Position numbers and translations under genes: made by a program
The notes under the pieces: model-generated
The model's database searches: none
Told to the model about the DNA's origin: nothing
What the model saw: the letters and a program-made list of their open reading frames with translations, nothing else
In this document: in pieces, positions 62,801 to 64,000 of the stretch
How positions within the stretch are numbered: the stretch's first letter is position 1
Layout of the letters: every line of letters starts with the position of its first letter
DNA from: an uncultured Clostridia bacterium
GTDB taxonomy: Bacteria > Bacillota > Clostridia > Christensenellales > UBA1242
Length of the DNA stretch: 64,000 bases
Reading direction: 5' to 3'
NCBI GenBank assembly: GCA_934747965.1
Contig: CAKVHI010000005.1
Location: forward strand, 16,856 to 80,855

Positions 62801-64000
62801 TGAAAGATTCTCAAAAAGTTATGTTCTAACAAAAGATATTGATTTGAGTGGTGAAAGCATTGTGCCTATTGGAATTTATAGGTTGAAAACAAAAACTGAT
62901 TCTCAAATAACAAAACAAGCATTTACAGGAAGTTTTAGTGGATTATTTGTTCTTGATGGAACAAAACAAAAATATTCTATAACTGGCATTAAAATTGACA
63001 TAAACAGCATATATTTATCAATTTCTAAAGATATGTATTTAGGATTATTTGCTGAAAATAACGGAAATATTTCTGATTTAACAATTCAATATTCTGTTAT
63101 CAATATGTTTATGTCAGCAACACAAAATCCTGAAAATTCTCAAAGTGTTAATAAAAATTATTCGTTATATTTTGGTGGAGTTAGTGCAATAAACAAAAAA
63201 ACCATTGAAAATTGTAATGTTCAAATCAATTCTTGTGGTATAGAAACATATTTTGGTAACAATTTTATTGGTGCAGTAGTTGGTAAAAACCAAACAACAG
63301 AAAACGAAACAACAAAAGCAAATGTAAAAAATTGTTTTGCAAGTGGAAACATAAATGTTGTTGACGGATACAATAAAAACGAAATAAAATCGAATTTGTT
63401 TGTTGGTGGAATTGCCGGGGAAAATGCACAAGATTCTATAATTTCTGGCGAATTTAATATTTATGACAACAAAAATGAAATTTTCAATAAAAATATTTTT
63501 AATGTAACACTAAATTTATCTTCAATTTTAAACGGCGAACTTTCAGCATATTCACAAGATAGTGCTTTTGGTGGAATAGTTGGCTTGAATAATGGCACAG
63601 TTACTAACATGGCTTGTTACGGAAAAATATTTGCTCATCAAAATGTTGGTGGCGTTGCAGGAATAAACAACGGAACAGTTGGTGGAGAAGAAAACACTAA
63701 AAGTTTGGGATGTTTTAGTGCAAGTATTATTTATGCAAATAATGTTGCTGGTGGTTTGATTGGTAAAAACACAGGAGTTGTAAACTATAACAGCGTAATG
63801 CTTGTTGATGATGAAGAAAATTTTGAAAAAAACGGTATTATTTCAAAAATTTATGCAAATAGCGATGTTGGCGGATTGATTGGAGTTTATGAAAAAGGCT
63901 CAATTTCTAAAAACTTTGTTAGAAGTTATGTTCAAAAGGCCGATAACTATTTTGATATTTATGTTGAAAAAGCAACAGAGAATTTATCAAATTTTGGTGG
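59817..64000 (+). CDS. Second giant lipoprotein, colinear paralog of 40756-59547 (5' part; continues beyond the window)
   Basis: Not in the supplied track because it has no stop in the window. I translated nt 59817-63998 by hand and found 1,394 codons with no stop. SD AGGAG 5 nt before the ATG. 'MKLKRVVLTVLIMILGLCGSLFGC' has a lipobox Cys24. Ig-like modules run to about 62700, then 'ADGEKIPYSISSKQELLNL', then GLUG units ('YFGGVSAIN', 'FIGAVVGKN', 'FVGGIAGEN', 'FGGIVGLN', 'VGGVAGIN', 'VAGGLIGKN', 'VGGLIGVY'). Confidence 0.85.
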   Translation, partial: MKLKRVVLTVLIMILGLCGSLFGCKEKPLKLSIKEGEEEVTKISLSLDEIKKSENSQSQESEENTTNESTENEEIVDLSQKTIYVFAENANQMFKNGLLISFSEQNVVKCTLNASETNKFADCYAFDIKAIQPKNVVITFETYDKKTNITLLVEVSQDCEKIEKNIHSENFVIMHEDKQLSNNIVKYTPQTTTNTSILFKLAKEYAGLNLTETGLLTFADDFDESLTEFYVNVYHKNYDESDDTIKSNYVVENIRFDILRKIDEIVATKDGVKQTTLEFATNKGDGLDYQTIEFKKVVNTISGVSYEDIDNSYELVYYLKSNNNLVNIKPDEQNNFKITISQNGRDGSDVLVAKIQNKTWKSYFSKEIEIAINIKTYPNSIYVNDSKTLSEFVIYDNLQKKELEIKINEGFNTDFKITDYQSNLINLTFENGDTVWPGALIKSRTKIFLSCDEFINFGTENEKNAYFTIQSVGNQDLTKTINVRIIKSIVDVSIYNDNKEISNQIEICKINLNGESTVTKFDIKTDSKLIIPSFEIEIENTNIVKLESVVNKTNQKSFSLMALTTGQTLVTCKFDNGLVKYFTVKVYAGIKNFDVKFANLVNIGKTDKTTISDNGTEFEVFKYYIKNQTVSSLYFEATDINNRIVYDSYIISNNYEIINNEANIALSNADNKLYALKSTNKSQLLTIKAQILAMVFDENSNKYEQKTLTKIFCVEVYEPIKNLSLSKNYVELFAKDSLGYEDYAKSESEIEILVSPENATEFNFSNISFVCYSDGNSVSLDFVGATKNGTDSENNQIYKLSGNKLKITAEKLDNKTTDTATISFSVQDYVGALFTTKITVKVTKAITPEKIIVENVQKISDSSEEKDYLYFNLNLDDKQQGVNINPTVYPLNSLNSDYDFEIINDDENDEEDIITFDKAKGVVSPLKAGKGRLILTPKGSISKDDAGNKIYKNQKVIYITVADGEKIPYSISSKQELLNLCKEQEIDESNKDKFIERFSKSYVLTKDIDLSGESIVPIGIYRLKTKTDSQITKQAFTGSFSGLFVLDGTKQKYSITGIKIDINSIYLSISKDMYLGLFAENNGNISDLTIQYSVINMFMSATQNPENSQSVNKNYSLYFGGVSAINKKTIENCNVQINSCGIETYFGNNFIGAVVGKNQTTENETTKANVKNCFASGNINVVDGYNKNEIKSNLFVGGIAGENAQDSIISGEFNIYDNKNEIFNKNIFNVTLNLSSILNGELSAYSQDSAFGGIVGLNNGTVTNMACYGKIFAHQNVGGVAGINNGTVGGEENTKSLGCFSASIIYANNVAGGLIGKNTGVVNYNSVMLVDDEENFEKNGIISKIYANSDVGGLIGVYEKGSISKNFVRSYVQKADNYFDIYVEKATENLSNFG
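62700..64000 (+). repeat. GLUG-type beta-helix repeat block of the second giant gene
   Basis: See the units listed for the CDS. The block starts about 961 codons from the start codon, versus about 950 codons in the first gene. Confidence 0.55.

Overview
This is a visibly AT-rich, standard-code, gene-dense chromosomal segment. GC content was judged by eye, not computed. Gene content points to an endospore-forming Firmicute, probably Clostridia-like. I support about 49 protein genes, RNase P RNA and one tRNA-Gln. I saw no transposase, integrase, phage or CRISPR signal.

Layout:
- 1-2.1 kb: a SipW-type signal peptidase followed by two TasA/BsaA-like substrates.
- 2.3-20 kb: housekeeping genes. 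These are rmuC, a VanW protein, a nucleoside hydrolase, an MBL hydrolase, gyrB-gyrA, rubrerythrin, a CYTH protein, a PdaB-like deacetylase, rnpB and a YjjX-like NTPase.
- 19.8-25.2 kb: minD-minE-spoIVFA-like-spoIVFB-like, an unexplained two-gene membrane cassette, spoIVA and a DUF1540 protein.
- 25.3-32.6 kb: rplI, a second TasA-like locus (three paralogs plus an FN3-like lipoprotein), ychF, a MarR-like regulator and tRNA-Gln.
- 32.8-40.6 kb: hypothetical envelope proteins, an M23 peptidase, an isolated acpP, spoIIID and a TtcA-like gene.
- 40.8-64.0 kb (about 36% of the window): two tandem, colinear giant lipoprotein genes built from Ig-like modules and GLUG-type beta-helix repeats. The first is 6,263 codons. 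The second has at least 1,394 codons, runs off the window, and is missing from the supplied ORF track.

Other observations worth checking:
- A recurring leaderless geometry: a -10 box 6-7 nt upstream of the ATG with no Shine-Dalgarno (SD) sequence.
- A DnaA-box cluster in a convergent intergenic region.
- A long structured leader containing a small ORF upstream of the NTPase gene.

All family calls come from motifs read in the translations. No database search was run.
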